Notes: generated by a model not told the origin, from the sequence alone. A stretch of 54,113 nucleotides of DNA from an uncultured Desulfobacterales bacterium (GCA_964495045.1 CAZBUL010000001.1:1-54113), one strand, 5' to 3'; shown: positions 1-10,516, numbered from the stretch's first letter. Program-made: numbers and translations.

Positions 1-113
1 GATCCGGCTGGAAAAGGAACCGGGAGGTTCCAGCCGACTCATGGTGGTGGCATAGTTAGATATCCATGAGTTATTGACACCCCCTTTTTTTCCGGAAAAC
101 AGGAACCATCGCC

Positions 114-1691
114 ATGAAAAATATCCTTGAAGATGTCCGAATCAGTCCGACAGGCTGGATGAAGGCTGCCGGATACGCTGTGCTGCTGTTCATCGTGTAC
201 TATTCGGCCCTGACACAGCTCGTCCTGCATGACTGGGGACGGGAGGATTATTCGCATTGCAGTCTGATTCCGCTGGTCGTGGCGTATCTGATCTGGGAAA
301 AACGGGAGCAGCTCGCCGCCCTGCCGTCGGTGCCGTCCTGGATGGGAATGCTGCCATTTTTGCTGGGTATCGGGTGCTTCTGGATCGGCGAGCTCGGCGG
401 GGAATATTTCACCCTGTATTTTTCGCTCTGGCTGGTCATCGTCAGTCTGTGCTGGCTTCATCTCGGATGGAAAAAAATCAAAGCGATCGGTTTTTCACTG
501 ATCTTGATGCTGGCCGCATTTCCCTTTCCCAATTTCATCAACGTGCGAATCTCTCTTTTTTTGCAACTGGTTTCTACCAAACTCGGCGTCTGGATGCTTC
601 ATGCTTATGGCATGTCGGCCTACCGGGAAGGCAATGTCATCGATCTGGGCTTTACCCAACTACAGGTGGTCGAAGCCTGCAGCGGTCTGCGATATGTCAT
701 CCCCATGATGATTCTCAGTTTGATTCTGGCCTACTGGTATCGGGCCGCACTCTGGAAAAAGGCATTCCTGTTTTTATCCAGCATTCCCCTGTCCATCTTC
801 ATGAACAGTTTCCGGATCGCCGCCACCGGAATTCTCTACAGCATGTTCGGTGCTGCGGTGGCCGAAGGTTTTTTTCACGGGTTTTCGGGATGGCTCCTGT
901 TTGTGGTGGCTATTCCTATCCTGGTGCTGATCTTATGGGGACTCAAGTGGCTGCCGCCTCGGGAAATGCCCCACGTTGACAATGCGAATCCCGGCAAGGC
1001 GGAAATCCCGGCAAGCGTCACTGAAGATGATGCGAAGCGCGGAACAAAAGGGCTGATGCAGCCCGTTTTCATCACAGCGATGATGGTGCTGGGACTGACA
1101 TTCGGATTGTCTCATGGCATCGAATTCCGGAACAAAGTGCCGGTGTCGAAGCCGTTTTCGGAATTTCCGATGCAGTTTGGCGGATGGACCGGAAAACGCG
1201 AAGTCATGGAAGAAAAATATTTAAAGGCCCTTTATTTCAGCGATTATTTACTGGCTGATTATCAAAACAGCACCGGCAGGTTGGTCAATTTTTATGTAGC
1301 CTATTACCAGGATCAGCGTAAAGGGGAAGCCGTCCATTCCCCCGAAACCTGTCTGCCGGGAGGGGGGTGGGATTTTAAACAGGCCGGGAATGTGCAGATA
1401 CCCATGGGTGCAGACAAGTCCATCACCGTCAGCCGGGCGGTTATGGAAAAAGACGGTTCCCTGCAACTGACATACTTCTGGTTTGCCAAAATGGGCCGGA
1501 CGCTGACCACCCTTTATCAACTCAAGATATATACTTTTTGGGATTCTTTAACCAGACAGCGGACAGATGCGGCGCTGGTGCGGGTCATTACACCGGTGTA
1601 TCCCGATGAAAAAATCGATGCCGCCGATGCGCGGATTCAGGGGTTTTCGCGGGAGATGGCGGATGTGCTGCGGGGATTTATTCCAGAATGA
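114..1691 (+). CDS. Exosortase (EpsH-type polytopic membrane transpeptidase) fused to a C-terminal EpsI-family domain
   Basis: 525-aa ORF. The N-terminal ~290 aa form a polytopic membrane domain with exosortase-type motifs (VEACSGLRY Cys, FRIAATG Arg, GFFHGFSGW His). The C-terminal ~200 aa are soluble and carry the EpsI-type HSPETCLPGGGW motif. It heads an EPS export cluster. Confidence 0.85.
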   Translation: MKNILEDVRISPTGWMKAAGYAVLLFIVYYSALTQLVLHDWGREDYSHCSLIPLVVAYLIWEKREQLAALPSVPSWMGMLPFLLGIGCFWIGELGGEYFTLYFSLWLVIVSLCWLHLGWKKIKAIGFSLILMLAAFPFPNFINVRISLFLQLVSTKLGVWMLHAYGMSAYREGNVIDLGFTQLQVVEACSGLRYVIPMMILSLILAYWYRAALWKKAFLFLSSIPLSIFMNSFRIAATGILYSMFGAAVAEGFFHGFSGWLLFVVAIPILVLILWGLKWLPPREMPHVDNANPGKAEIPASVTEDDAKRGTKGLMQPVFITAMMVLGLTFGLSHGIEFRNKVPVSKPFSEFPMQFGGWTGKREVMEEKYLKALYFSDYLLADYQNSTGRLVNFYVAYYQDQRKGEAVHSPETCLPGGGWDFKQAGNVQIPMGADKSITVSRAVMEKDGSLQLTYFWFAKMGRTLTTLYQLKIYTFWDSLTRQRTDAALVRVITPVYPDEKIDAADARIQGFSREMADVLRGFIPE

Positions 1692-1783
1692 AGCAGAATA
1701 ATAACACGAAATTATCATTTTATATAAAGATTAAACAACGGTTATTTCTTCGAAATCAAAATACCGATATTTACCTTATTGCT

Positions 1784-1823
1784 ATCCGCTGGTTCCCAAG
1801 CTGGAGCTTGGGAACCAGCGGAT
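1784..1823 (+). terminator. Perfect 18-bp stem / 4-nt loop hairpin in an AT-rich spacer; possible terminator or RNA element after the exosortase gene
   Basis: atccgctggttcccaagc-tgga-gcttgggaaccagcggat. Every position pairs when read directly. It lies 93 nt after the stop codon. The downstream U-tract is interrupted (gggtgtatttt), so a terminator function is uncertain. Confidence 0.35.
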
Positions 1824-1924
1824 GGGTGTATTTTCACGGTAAAAACATAGATATCAGGAATCAACATCTATTAGTCAGCAATAATTGATTATTATCATTT
1901 TTTTGAGGGCTGGAAGAGGCGAAG

Positions 1925-3559
1925 GTGATCTACTTATCTACATTACTGATGTCGCTTTTTGTAACGATCGCGCTGATACCGATGTTCATCCGATTGGCGC
2001 TGAGATTACGCCTTGTGGACATGCCGGATGATAGAAAGGTACATACAGCGCCGATTCCGCGTTGTGGGGGGATAGCAATAGCCGTGGGAGCTATCCTTCC
2101 GATCGTTTTCTGGTGGCATACTCGCGAATTTATCGGAGCATATTTGGCAGGAGCCGGAATTCTGGTGATTATGGGGGTGATCGATGATTGGCGAGGATTG
2201 AATTACCGCGTGAAATTCGTAGGTCAGTTTTTGGCAGCAGCGTTGGTAGTGGGTTATGGAGGAATTCGGATCACCTCACTGGGTTCTCTTCTCCCGGATG
2301 ACATGCTCCTTCCCGAATGGATATCTGTGCCGATCTCCCTTGTTGTGATCGTGGCTATTACCAATGCTGTCAATTTGTCGGACGGTCTCGACGGCCTGGC
2401 TGGGGGTCTTTGCCTGCTCAGCCTTTGTTGTATCGCATACTTGGCTCATCTCGTCGAAAATTCTATGCTGATTTTTCTGGCAGTATCGTTGGCCGGAGCC
2501 ATTTTCGGATTTTTGCGTTTCAACACCTTTCCAGCCTCTCTATTTATGGGAGATGCCGGAAGTTTATTTTTGGGATACTCTGTCGGAACGCTATCTCTGG
2601 CCGTAAGCCAGACTGAATCACCGTTCAGTCCTTGGCTGCCTCTTCTCATTGTAGGATTGCCCATTATGGATACAACGGCCGTCATGTGTTCGCGAATTGC
2701 CAGCGGCAGGTCTCCCTTTGCAGCCGACAAAAATCATTTTCACCATAAGCTGCTGCGGATGGGACTGTATCACACGGAATCGGTTTTGGTGATATATATT
2801 CTGCAGGGTATTCTAATATCGGCCGCCATAATTTTTCGTTTTTACGGGGATGTTTTTCTCTTAAGCGGATACGGGATGTTTTTCACGATGGTGTTATGGA
2901 TATTTTTCATGGCGGATCGGACTGATTTTAGGCTGCATCGTACTGGCCCCATGGATACATCCGTCAAGCACCGTCTTCGTACACTCAAGGAACAGGGTTT
3001 TTTCATCAAAATTGCTTTCAAAGGCTTGGAAATTGGCCTTCCTTTGTTTTTGATTGCCACCTGTTTCGTACCCGCATCATTTCCCAATTATCTGAGCGTT
3101 TTCTCGGCAGCACTGCTTTGCGTTCTGGGGACAGTCTGGCTTTTTCAAAAAAACTGGATGCAACCTGTCCTGATCCTGATCCTGTATATATTCATTCCTT
3201 TCATTGTGTATGCAGCCGTTGAAACATCCGTAACCTGGATCGACAGTACCCCACTGGAAATCATTTATCTCATCGCATACCCTGGGCTGATCGTTTTTGT
3301 CATTGTCACCCTGAAGCTAACGAAACGTCGGAGCGGATTCAAACTTTCTCCATTAGATTTTCTCATTCTCTTTATCGCCCTGATGGCTCCGATGATTGCA
3401 GGCACATGGGTTAAAGAAAAAGATTTGACAGAAATGACTGCCAAAACACTACTGCTGTTTTTCAGTTATGAAGTATTGATCGGCGAACTTCGTGGAAAGA
3501 TCGGCCGTTTGTCGGCAGCGACGGCTGCCGCCCTGCTTGTCGTGATCCTGAGAGGATGA
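1925..3559 (+). CDS. Glycosyltransferase family 4 (MraY/WecA-type undecaprenyl-phosphate sugar-1-phosphate transferase) with an extra C-terminal membrane domain
   Basis: 544-aa ORF with a GTG start 5 nt after GAGG. It carries the motifs DDRKVH..PIPRCGGIAI and NAVNLSDGLDGLAGG. About 200 additional C-terminal residues form further hydrophobic helices. Confidence 0.85.
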   Translation: MIYLSTLLMSLFVTIALIPMFIRLALRLRLVDMPDDRKVHTAPIPRCGGIAIAVGAILPIVFWWHTREFIGAYLAGAGILVIMGVIDDWRGLNYRVKFVGQFLAAALVVGYGGIRITSLGSLLPDDMLLPEWISVPISLVVIVAITNAVNLSDGLDGLAGGLCLLSLCCIAYLAHLVENSMLIFLAVSLAGAIFGFLRFNTFPASLFMGDAGSLFLGYSVGTLSLAVSQTESPFSPWLPLLIVGLPIMDTTAVMCSRIASGRSPFAADKNHFHHKLLRMGLYHTESVLVIYILQGILISAAIIFRFYGDVFLLSGYGMFFTMVLWIFFMADRTDFRLHRTGPMDTSVKHRLRTLKEQGFFIKIAFKGLEIGLPLFLIATCFVPASFPNYLSVFSAALLCVLGTVWLFQKNWMQPVLILILYIFIPFIVYAAVETSVTWIDSTPLEIIYLIAYPGLIVFVIVTLKLTKRRSGFKLSPLDFLILFIALMAPMIAGTWVKEKDLTEMTAKTLLLFFSYEVLIGELRGKIGRLSAATAAALLVVILRG

Positions 3560-3599
3560 ATCCCCATATCTTTCAATAACCACAGAAAAGGATATGTCC

Positions 3600-5981
3600 A
3601 TGTATTCACGTAATTATTTTCTTTCACTGTTAATTGTCCTGTTGCTGGTCGGCTGCGGCGGACCCGAAGCCAGAAAAATGAAGTTTTATAACAAGGGAAA
3701 GGCCTTATTTGAAAAAGGAGATTACGTCAAAGCCGGGTTGGAGTTCAAGAATGCGATTCAAATCGATCCGAAATTTGCTGACGCATATTTTATGCTGGGA
3801 AAAGTTGAGCTGCAAAAAAAGGAACCACAAAAAGCTTTCGGATTTTTTTCAAAAACCGTGGATTTGAATCCAAATCAATTTTCAGCCCAACTCGAGATCG
3901 GAAAACTCTTTCTGATGGGGCAGAAACCAGATGGTGCCCTGGAGAAGGCTGACCTGGTATTGAAAAATGAACCCGACAATGCGGAAGCACAGATGCTGAA
4001 AGGGGCTGCCTGGGTCAATCTCAAGAACAACGAATCGGCCAGAAATTATCTCAGTGAGCTGATTCAGAAAGGGCTTGCCCGATCGGATGCCTTTCTGCTG
4101 CTGTCTGTGGCCTGCAAAAACCTGAATGATAAAAACGGTGCGGAAACGGCTCTGAAAAACGGTATTGCTTCCAATCCGCAGAACGTTCCACTGATGACGG
4201 CTATGGCAGATTTTTACCGGACTGAGGGACGGATGGATGAGGCGGTTGACCTGATGCGGAAGATTGTGGAGATGGAACCGAGTGAGGTCCGACACAAACT
4301 TAATCTGGCATCTTTATACTGGACTGCCGGAAACGAAGCGGCGGCCACCGACATTCTCAAGTCTATACTGGCAGCCGATCCAACCAAAGAGGAAAATGTC
4401 ACACAGATTGCAGCAATCTACCTTTCCAAGAACCGAAAAGAAGATGCCGAGAAAATTCTGAGGGACGGCATTCAGCAGAATGGAAAAAGTTTTACCCTCC
4501 GGCTGATGCTTGGGGATGTGCTGGTCAATCTGAACCGGGTTGACGATGCCATCCCAATTTTGAAAGAGTGTCTATCACTAGACAAGGATCCGGCCAATCC
4601 GGATATCCTCCGGGCCAAAAACGCGTTGGCCAAAGTCTATCTGCAGCGACGGGAGCCGGATGTTTCGAAAAAATATGTCGATGAGATTCTCAAGGAAAAT
4701 CCAAAGGATGTGGATGCCCATTACACGCGGGGCAATATTTTCCTGGGTGCCAAAGACGGCGCGGCAGCCGTTCCGGAATTTCGAATCGTCGTTACCGAAC
4801 GGCCACAGTTTATGACGGCTTATGTTCGTTTGGCCGATGCCCACGTGCTGAACAAGGAGTTGGGACTGGCAGCGGATACCCTGCAGAATGCCCTGAAAGT
4901 CAATCCGGATTCCCGTGAAATCATCCGCTCTCTCAGCCGCCTTTTTGTTTTACAAAAAGAGTATGCAAACGCCGAATCCGTTTTGCAAAAACAGTTGGCC
5001 GCCGCTCCTGATGATGTCGAAGTGATGGCTGACCTTGGGGATATTTTCGTGAAAACAAAAGACAGTCGTCGGGCCGAACAGATTTTCTCCGAAATCAAGC
5101 GAAAACTTCCCAACAATCACCTCGGTTATGCGAAACTCGGTGAGATATACAGTCTTCAGGGTAAATGGGACAAGGCAACAGTGGAGCTCGAACAAGCCGT
5201 AACGCTCAATCCCAAATCCGCCCCGTTATATGCCGCTCTTATCAATGCATTTTCCGAACAGAAAAAGCTAACGGAAGCCATTGCGTTCTGCGAAAAACGA
5301 ATTCGGGAAAATCCTGAGGATGCAATGGCCTATAATTTTTTGGGCCAGGCATACAGTTTGAAAAAAGACTTTACAGCCGCTGAGGCTGCTTATGAAAAAG
5401 CCATCGAAATAGAACCTTCATGGCCTTTGCCGCTGAATAACCTGGCCCGACTCTATGTGTCCCGAGGAGATAGTGGTTCCGCCATCAAAAAATTCGAAGA
5501 GAGCTTGGCCGCCAATCCAGACAACCCGGCGACTTATTTCTCTTTGTGTCAGCTCTATGAGTTGACAAAAAATTATGAGAAGGCTATTGAAACCTATGAA
5601 AAACTGCTTGCCAGAAAACCGGAACTCTGGCCTGCCGTCAACAATCTGGCGTATCTTCTGAGCGATCATGGAAAGACACCGAAAGATCTGCAGCGGGCGT
5701 TGGAATTGGCCCAAAAAGCCCATGCCGCCAATCCCCAGAACCCCAATATCTTAGACACACTTGGGTGGACTTATTATCGCATGGCGGATATGAATCAAGG
5801 CCTCGAATTATTACAACGGGCCTATATCATCGATCCGGAATCTGTCGGGATAAATTACCACTTGGGAATGATCCTGCACCAGCTTGGCAGAACGGAGGAA
5901 TCGCGGGAGCATCTGCAAAAGGCGCTGGCGTCTAAAGACGATTTTTACGGTAGAGATGCAGCAGAAACACTGATGAAATGA
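3600..5981 (+). CDS. prsT: PEP-CTERM-system TPR-repeat lipoprotein (PrsT-like)
   Basis: ~790-aa TPR-rich ORF with a lipoprotein signal (LLLVGC lipobox). Its size and position in an exosortase locus fit PrsT. ATG 3600 is preferred over 3594 on AAGGA spacing. Confidence 0.7.
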   Translation: MYSRNYFLSLLIVLLLVGCGGPEARKMKFYNKGKALFEKGDYVKAGLEFKNAIQIDPKFADAYFMLGKVELQKKEPQKAFGFFSKTVDLNPNQFSAQLEIGKLFLMGQKPDGALEKADLVLKNEPDNAEAQMLKGAAWVNLKNNESARNYLSELIQKGLARSDAFLLLSVACKNLNDKNGAETALKNGIASNPQNVPLMTAMADFYRTEGRMDEAVDLMRKIVEMEPSEVRHKLNLASLYWTAGNEAAATDILKSILAADPTKEENVTQIAAIYLSKNRKEDAEKILRDGIQQNGKSFTLRLMLGDVLVNLNRVDDAIPILKECLSLDKDPANPDILRAKNALAKVYLQRREPDVSKKYVDEILKENPKDVDAHYTRGNIFLGAKDGAAAVPEFRIVVTERPQFMTAYVRLADAHVLNKELGLAADTLQNALKVNPDSREIIRSLSRLFVLQKEYANAESVLQKQLAAAPDDVEVMADLGDIFVKTKDSRRAEQIFSEIKRKLPNNHLGYAKLGEIYSLQGKWDKATVELEQAVTLNPKSAPLYAALINAFSEQKKLTEAIAFCEKRIRENPEDAMAYNFLGQAYSLKKDFTAAEAAYEKAIEIEPSWPLPLNNLARLYVSRGDSGSAIKKFEESLAANPDNPATYFSLCQLYELTKNYEKAIETYEKLLARKPELWPAVNNLAYLLSDHGKTPKDLQRALELAQKAHAANPQNPNILDTLGWTYYRMADMNQGLELLQRAYIIDPESVGINYHLGMILHQLGRTEESREHLQKALASKDDFYGRDAAETLMK

Positions 5982-6067
5982 ATAGTCGAATGTGTGTTTA
6001 AACGCTGAAATTCATGTGCCATTTGATTAATGGGCTCAACTTCTTTTTATTTTCTACAGGAGGGGCT

Positions 6068-6628
6068 GTGAAAAATACGGCTTTCACATTTTTATGTATT
6101 GGGCTGATGCTATTCAGTATGGGAGGAATGGCTTGGACGGAGGAGGAACCATACATCATCGGGCCGGGGGATGTTCTGGATATATCCAACTGGAAAGACG
6201 AGGCGCTGAGCAAATCGGTCGTGGTTTTGCCGGACGGGAAGATATCGTTTCCATTGATCGGTATTTTCCAGGCCTCCGGTAAAACCGTGGCGGAGCTGAA
6301 AGGGGAAATTCAGTCCGAAATTATCAAATATATGCCCGATCCTGTGCTGACCGTTGAAGTTCGTCAGGTCAACAGCATGCTGATTTATGTGATCGGCCGG
6401 GTCAATTCTCCGGGCAAATTTATCCTGAACAGCAATGTTACGGCCCTTCAGGCATTGGCCATGGCCGGCGGTCTGAATCCGTTCGCCAAAAAAGACAAGA
6501 TCCGCATTATTCGACAGAACGGCAATCAGTCCGATATCATTCCTTTCCGGTATGACGATGTGGTGGAAAATGCTGATCTGGCACAGAATATCCGGCTACG
6601 TCGGGGAGATGTGGTTGTTGTACCGTAG
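6068..6628 (+). CDS. Polysaccharide export protein (Wza/EpsE-like, Poly_export + SLBB)
   Basis: Carries the motifs IIGPGDVLDISNW, GRVNSPGKF and ALAMAGGLN. GTG 6068 follows AGGAGGGG and yields a signal peptide. The ORF-track start at 6014 is less likely. Confidence 0.8.
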   Translation: MKNTAFTFLCIGLMLFSMGGMAWTEEEPYIIGPGDVLDISNWKDEALSKSVVVLPDGKISFPLIGIFQASGKTVAELKGEIQSEIIKYMPDPVLTVEVRQVNSMLIYVIGRVNSPGKFILNSNVTALQALAMAGGLNPFAKKDKIRIIRQNGNQSDIIPFRYDDVVENADLAQNIRLRRGDVVVVP

Positions 6629-6665
6629 CGTGAAAGTATTCATCCTGCCGGAATAAGGAGAAAGG

Positions 6666-7904
6666 ATGCGATATCAAAGATGGATCGGGCTATTCGGACT
6701 GTGGACAACTTTATTGTTGACGTCATTTCAGACGTCGGCCGATGAAGTTCGGATCATTCCTATGATAACGGTCAAGGAAGAATATAACGACAATATTTAT
6801 TTCGAAAGAAGCGACGGTTTGTCCGACTTTATCACGACAGCATCGCCGGGGTTGAAGCTCGAACGGAATTCCGAGCGGATGAAAGCTGCTCTAACCGCTC
6901 GCATCGATGAGCGGCTCTATATAGACAATACCGATCTGAATGCAACCGACCAGGACTATCAAGGGAGTCTCGGTTATGCGCTGAGCCCTCGGTTGACAGT
7001 AGGCGCAGATGCCGGTTTTACCCGAGATTCTTCCCCTGACCGTGAAATCGAAACCACGGGCCTTGTCATGAATGCCCTCAAGCGCGACCGCCAGAAGTAT
7101 GGAGGGTTTGGCAGATACGCGATTTCAGAGATCACTCAAGCATCATTATCCGCTCAATATACCAAAGAGCATTACGAAGAAAACAACCAGAACTCAAGCA
7201 CGCCGTATTTCCGTGATATGGAGTCCAAAAATGCCAATCTGCTGTTAATTCATGATGTAAGTGCCATACTACCGCAGACAAAAGGTCGCGCCTCCTTTGG
7301 ATATGCCAATTACCAATATGTCGATTCCACGATCGATAATTATACAGCGATGGTGGGCTTTGGCAGAGCCTTCCACGAATTGTGGAATGTCACGGTAGAT
7401 GCAGGTGTTCGTTATACCCCATCTCAATTCAATGTGACCCAATACGAGTTCATTCCGCCGTTTTTCTTCATTCCTGTCACCAAGACAGAGCAGACCCAGG
7501 GCTGGGGCGGGGTGGGGAATGCAGTCGTGTCCTATAAAGATGATGTTTCCTCCTTGGATTTTACCCTAGCGCACGATATCATGGCGGCCAGTGGCCGCAC
7601 CGGCGCATCGGAGCGAACATCTTTCAGTGTCAGCATGAGCCGGCGTTTCGCCTATGAATTGACCGGATATCTTTCTACCAGCTATTTTCTGAACAAGTCC
7701 GATCAAGGCCAGTATTCCCTGGATGCCATCGATGAGCAGACATTTTATATAACCCCTCGTATTCGATATAATTTTACCCAGGACATGGCTGTGGATTTAT
7801 CCTATACCTATACCCGGACTGCATATGAGGAAAGTGGAGACAACGATGCCAACCGAAATCTCGTGATGATACGGTTCTCTTTACAATATCCTTTATTTGA
7901 ATGA
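6666..7904 (+). CDS. Predicted outer-membrane beta-barrel protein of the PEP-CTERM locus
   Basis: 412-aa ORF after AAGGAGAAAGG. It has a signal peptide ending TSFQTSA, beta-strand-like alternation throughout, and an aromatic C-terminus (LQYPLFE). Its position matches the uncharacterised OM protein of exosortase loci. Confidence 0.55.
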   Translation: MRYQRWIGLFGLWTTLLLTSFQTSADEVRIIPMITVKEEYNDNIYFERSDGLSDFITTASPGLKLERNSERMKAALTARIDERLYIDNTDLNATDQDYQGSLGYALSPRLTVGADAGFTRDSSPDREIETTGLVMNALKRDRQKYGGFGRYAISEITQASLSAQYTKEHYEENNQNSSTPYFRDMESKNANLLLIHDVSAILPQTKGRASFGYANYQYVDSTIDNYTAMVGFGRAFHELWNVTVDAGVRYTPSQFNVTQYEFIPPFFFIPVTKTEQTQGWGGVGNAVVSYKDDVSSLDFTLAHDIMAASGRTGASERTSFSVSMSRRFAYELTGYLSTSYFLNKSDQGQYSLDAIDEQTFYITPRIRYNFTQDMAVDLSYTYTRTAYEESGDNDANRNLVMIRFSLQYPLFE

Positions 7905-7988
7905 CAAGTTCTCAGACGCAATTTGTCTGCCTGACCGTCATTTCAAGAAATCAATCATGACATATTAACAATATTCCATTGGAAAGTT

Positions 7989-9554
7989 ATGCAGGAAGAA
8001 ATTACGAGTGTTCAGGATTATATCGCCATTGTCAAACGGCGTAAGTGGAGTCTGGTGATTCCAGCGGTGATCGTTTTCACTATCGCTGCGGTTGCCGCTT
8101 TTGTATGGCCGCCAACCTACCGATCAACATCGACTATTCTGATCGAAGAGCAGGAGATTCCCAGAGATTTTGTGGCTTCGACGGTAACGGGATTTGCGGA
8201 TCAACGCCTTCAGGTCATCAACCAGAGAGTCATGATTTCTACAAAACTTCTTGAAATCGTCAACCGGTTCGATCTTTATCCGGACCTGCGCAGAACCAAG
8301 ACGACCGAAGAAGTCATCGACAAGATGAAAAAAGACATCACGTTCAAAACGATCAGCGCCGATGTCATGGATAGCAAAACCAACCGGCCTTCCGTGGCCA
8401 CAATCGCTTTTTCACTGTCTTACGATGGGAAAATCCCGGAACTCACCCAAAAGGTCACCGGAGTTCTGACATCGCTGTATCTGGAAGAAAATCTCAAAGT
8501 CAGGGAGCAGCAGACAGCGGGAACCTTCAAATTTCTGGAAGAAGAAGCGCAAAATGTCAAGAATCAACTGATGAAAATCGATGCCGAACTGTCCGATTTT
8601 AAGAAAAAAAACATGGATGCCCTCCCCGAGCTGCTCCAGGTGAATCTCCAAGTACTGGATCGCACCGATCGGGATATCGGGCAGATGAACGATATGCTCA
8701 GAAGTCTCAGGGAAAAGGAAAGCGAACTGCTGAGCCAGCTCAACAATTTTCCCACAGATGCGGATAATCAGGACAAGGCACTGCTGCGGGAGCTGAAAGC
8801 AAAGCTCGTTCAGCTCGAAAGCCGGTATTCGGATAAATATCCGGATGTCATCAAGATGAAAGCGGAAATCGCCAGACTCGAAGAAAGGCTGGGGGCTTCA
8901 TCCTCCGGGAAATCTGCTCCTGAAAAACCGGACAATCCTGTCTATATCACAATGGCTTCTCAACTGGCCAGTGTCAAATCCAATATTGGTTCAATGGTTC
9001 GGCAGATCGATGATTTACGCAGAAAACAGGCGGAGTATCAACGTCGAATTGAAGCGACACCGAAGGCGGATGAGATTTACAAGGGACTGGTTTCCGAACG
9101 TAACAATACCCAGGCCAAATATGATGATTTGATACGCAAGACTATGGAAGCCAAAGTTGCCCAAGGTCTTGAAAAAGGACAGATGGGAGAACGGTTCAAT
9201 CTCATCGATCCTGCCCGGTTGCCGGAAAGACCGGTTAAGCCCAATATTCCAGCTATTCTGCTCATCGGCATCGTGTTAGGCATCGGAGCTGGAGTCGGTG
9301 TGGCTGCCATTAAGGAGTTTTCGGATCGATCGGTCAGAAGCGCCGTAGTACTGACAAAAAATTTTGGACTGCCGGTCTTGGGAAGTGTTCCTGAAATCAT
9401 TACCTGGGGAGACAAAAAGCGGTTACGGCTCAAACGAATCGCCGCTTTTTGCGGCATACTCGTTGCGATTGCGGCAGCCATTGCGGTGTTCCATTTTTTC
9501 GTGATGGATATGGATGTCCTCTGGGCCAAGATTGCCAGACGACTTGATTTGTAA
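7989..9554 (+). CDS. Polysaccharide co-polymerase / chain-length determinant (Wzz/EpsF-like)
   Basis: N-terminal TM helix (WSLVIPAVIVFTIAAVAAFVW), a long coiled-coil periplasmic region, a C-terminal TM helix and a GLPVLGSVP tail. Confidence 0.85.
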   Translation: MQEEITSVQDYIAIVKRRKWSLVIPAVIVFTIAAVAAFVWPPTYRSTSTILIEEQEIPRDFVASTVTGFADQRLQVINQRVMISTKLLEIVNRFDLYPDLRRTKTTEEVIDKMKKDITFKTISADVMDSKTNRPSVATIAFSLSYDGKIPELTQKVTGVLTSLYLEENLKVREQQTAGTFKFLEEEAQNVKNQLMKIDAELSDFKKKNMDALPELLQVNLQVLDRTDRDIGQMNDMLRSLREKESELLSQLNNFPTDADNQDKALLRELKAKLVQLESRYSDKYPDVIKMKAEIARLEERLGASSSGKSAPEKPDNPVYITMASQLASVKSNIGSMVRQIDDLRRKQAEYQRRIEATPKADEIYKGLVSERNNTQAKYDDLIRKTMEAKVAQGLEKGQMGERFNLIDPARLPERPVKPNIPAILLIGIVLGIGAGVGVAAIKEFSDRSVRSAVVLTKNFGLPVLGSVPEIITWGDKKRLRLKRIAAFCGILVAIAAAIAVFHFFVMDMDVLWAKIARRLDL

Positions 9555-9567
9555 AACTGGAGGGAAT

Positions 9568-10389
9568 ATGTTCGGTAAAATCATTAAAAACATATCCGGA
9601 ATCAGCGGTGAGCCTGAGGGAGCTGACCACGGAAAGGAAATTGCCGGATGGGTGAACCCTTCATATGAAACATCCCGTCCGATCCGGCTGGATCCTCATA
9701 TCGCAGCAGAAAATCGGTGTATTGCACTGCTGCCGGGATCACCCAGCATTGAGGCATATAAGGTGCTTCGCACCAAAATCCTGAATCAAACACGTGAAAA
9801 GGGATGGAATACGATCATGATCACCAGTGCTTTACCCGGTGAGGGCAAAACGCTGACTGCCATCAATCTGAGTCTGACTTTTGCCAAAGAATTCAGCCAG
9901 ACGGCGCTTCTTGTGGATTGTGATTTTAGAAAACAGAATATTCACGAAGTGTTAGGTATCGAAAGCAGGCTGGGACTGGTCGATCATTTGATGAAAGATA
10001 TACCGATGAACGAAATCGTCATCTGGCCCGGCATTGAGAAATTCACATTGATCTCGGGCGGTAGAACGATTCAGGACAGTGCCGAACTGCTGGGATCACC
10101 CAAGATGAAAATGATTTTTCTGGAAATGAAAAACCGTTATCCGGACCGATATGTTTTTTTCGATGTGCCGCCGCTGCTCAATGGTTCGGATGCCCTGACA
10201 TTTTCCACCCTGGTGGACGGCATACTGATGGTGGTTCAGGCAGGCAAAACATCGATGGAAGATGTGGAAAGAGCCGTTGAAATGATTCCGCGGGAAAAAT
10301 TTCTCGGCTTCGTGATCAATCGTTTCAACAGCCATATCAGCAATTATGACACAAAAACTTATGGATATCCCGTTAAAACGGCATCATGA
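9568..10389 (+). CDS. Bacterial tyrosine (BY) kinase, CpsD/EpsG-like P-loop protein
   Basis: Walker A SALPGEGKT, Walker A' LLVDCDFRK, Walker B VFFDVPP, and a C-terminal Tyr cluster NYDTKTYGY. ATG 9568 is preceded by GGAGGG. Confidence 0.85.
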   Translation: MFGKIIKNISGISGEPEGADHGKEIAGWVNPSYETSRPIRLDPHIAAENRCIALLPGSPSIEAYKVLRTKILNQTREKGWNTIMITSALPGEGKTLTAINLSLTFAKEFSQTALLVDCDFRKQNIHEVLGIESRLGLVDHLMKDIPMNEIVIWPGIEKFTLISGGRTIQDSAELLGSPKMKMIFLEMKNRYPDRYVFFDVPPLLNGSDALTFSTLVDGILMVVQAGKTSMEDVERAVEMIPREKFLGFVINRFNSHISNYDTKTYGYPVKTAS

Positions 10390-10411
10390 TTATTGTGATG
10401 ACGAATGAAGC

Positions 10412-10516
10412 TATAGACTTTCTGAAAATTCATTTCGATAGGCAGCAGGGAGGAGATCATACTGTGGTATATCTCTGACCGATAACGCCGCGAAATTATT
10501 TTTCAGAAAGTCTATA
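10412..10516. repeat. 17-bp perfect inverted repeat with a 71-nt spacer
   Basis: tatagactttctgaaaa (10412-10428) and its exact reverse complement (10500-10516) lie in the 158-nt spacer between the BY-kinase gene and the next ORF. Confidence 0.9.

Noticed and set aside
1-5. The window begins with GATCC, which could reflect a Sau3AI/BamHI cloning junction (fosmid/BAC insert end).
   Set aside because: A 4-5 nt match at an arbitrary cut is weak evidence, and the right end does not finish in GATC. It was noted only as a curiosity.
5-36. 9-bp stem (cggctggaa/ttccagccg) at the extreme left edge, considered as a possible terminator of an unseen upstream gene.
   Set aside because: The context is truncated by the window, there is no U-tract, and alternative pairings exist. 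It cannot be interpreted.
1688-1888. 66-aa ORF whose ATG overlaps the exosortase stop codon (ATGA). It was considered as a possible small coupled gene.
   Set aside because: It lies in a very AT-rich spacer with non-coding-like composition. It runs straight through the 18-bp hairpin, and the product has no signal, TM or PEP-CTERM features.
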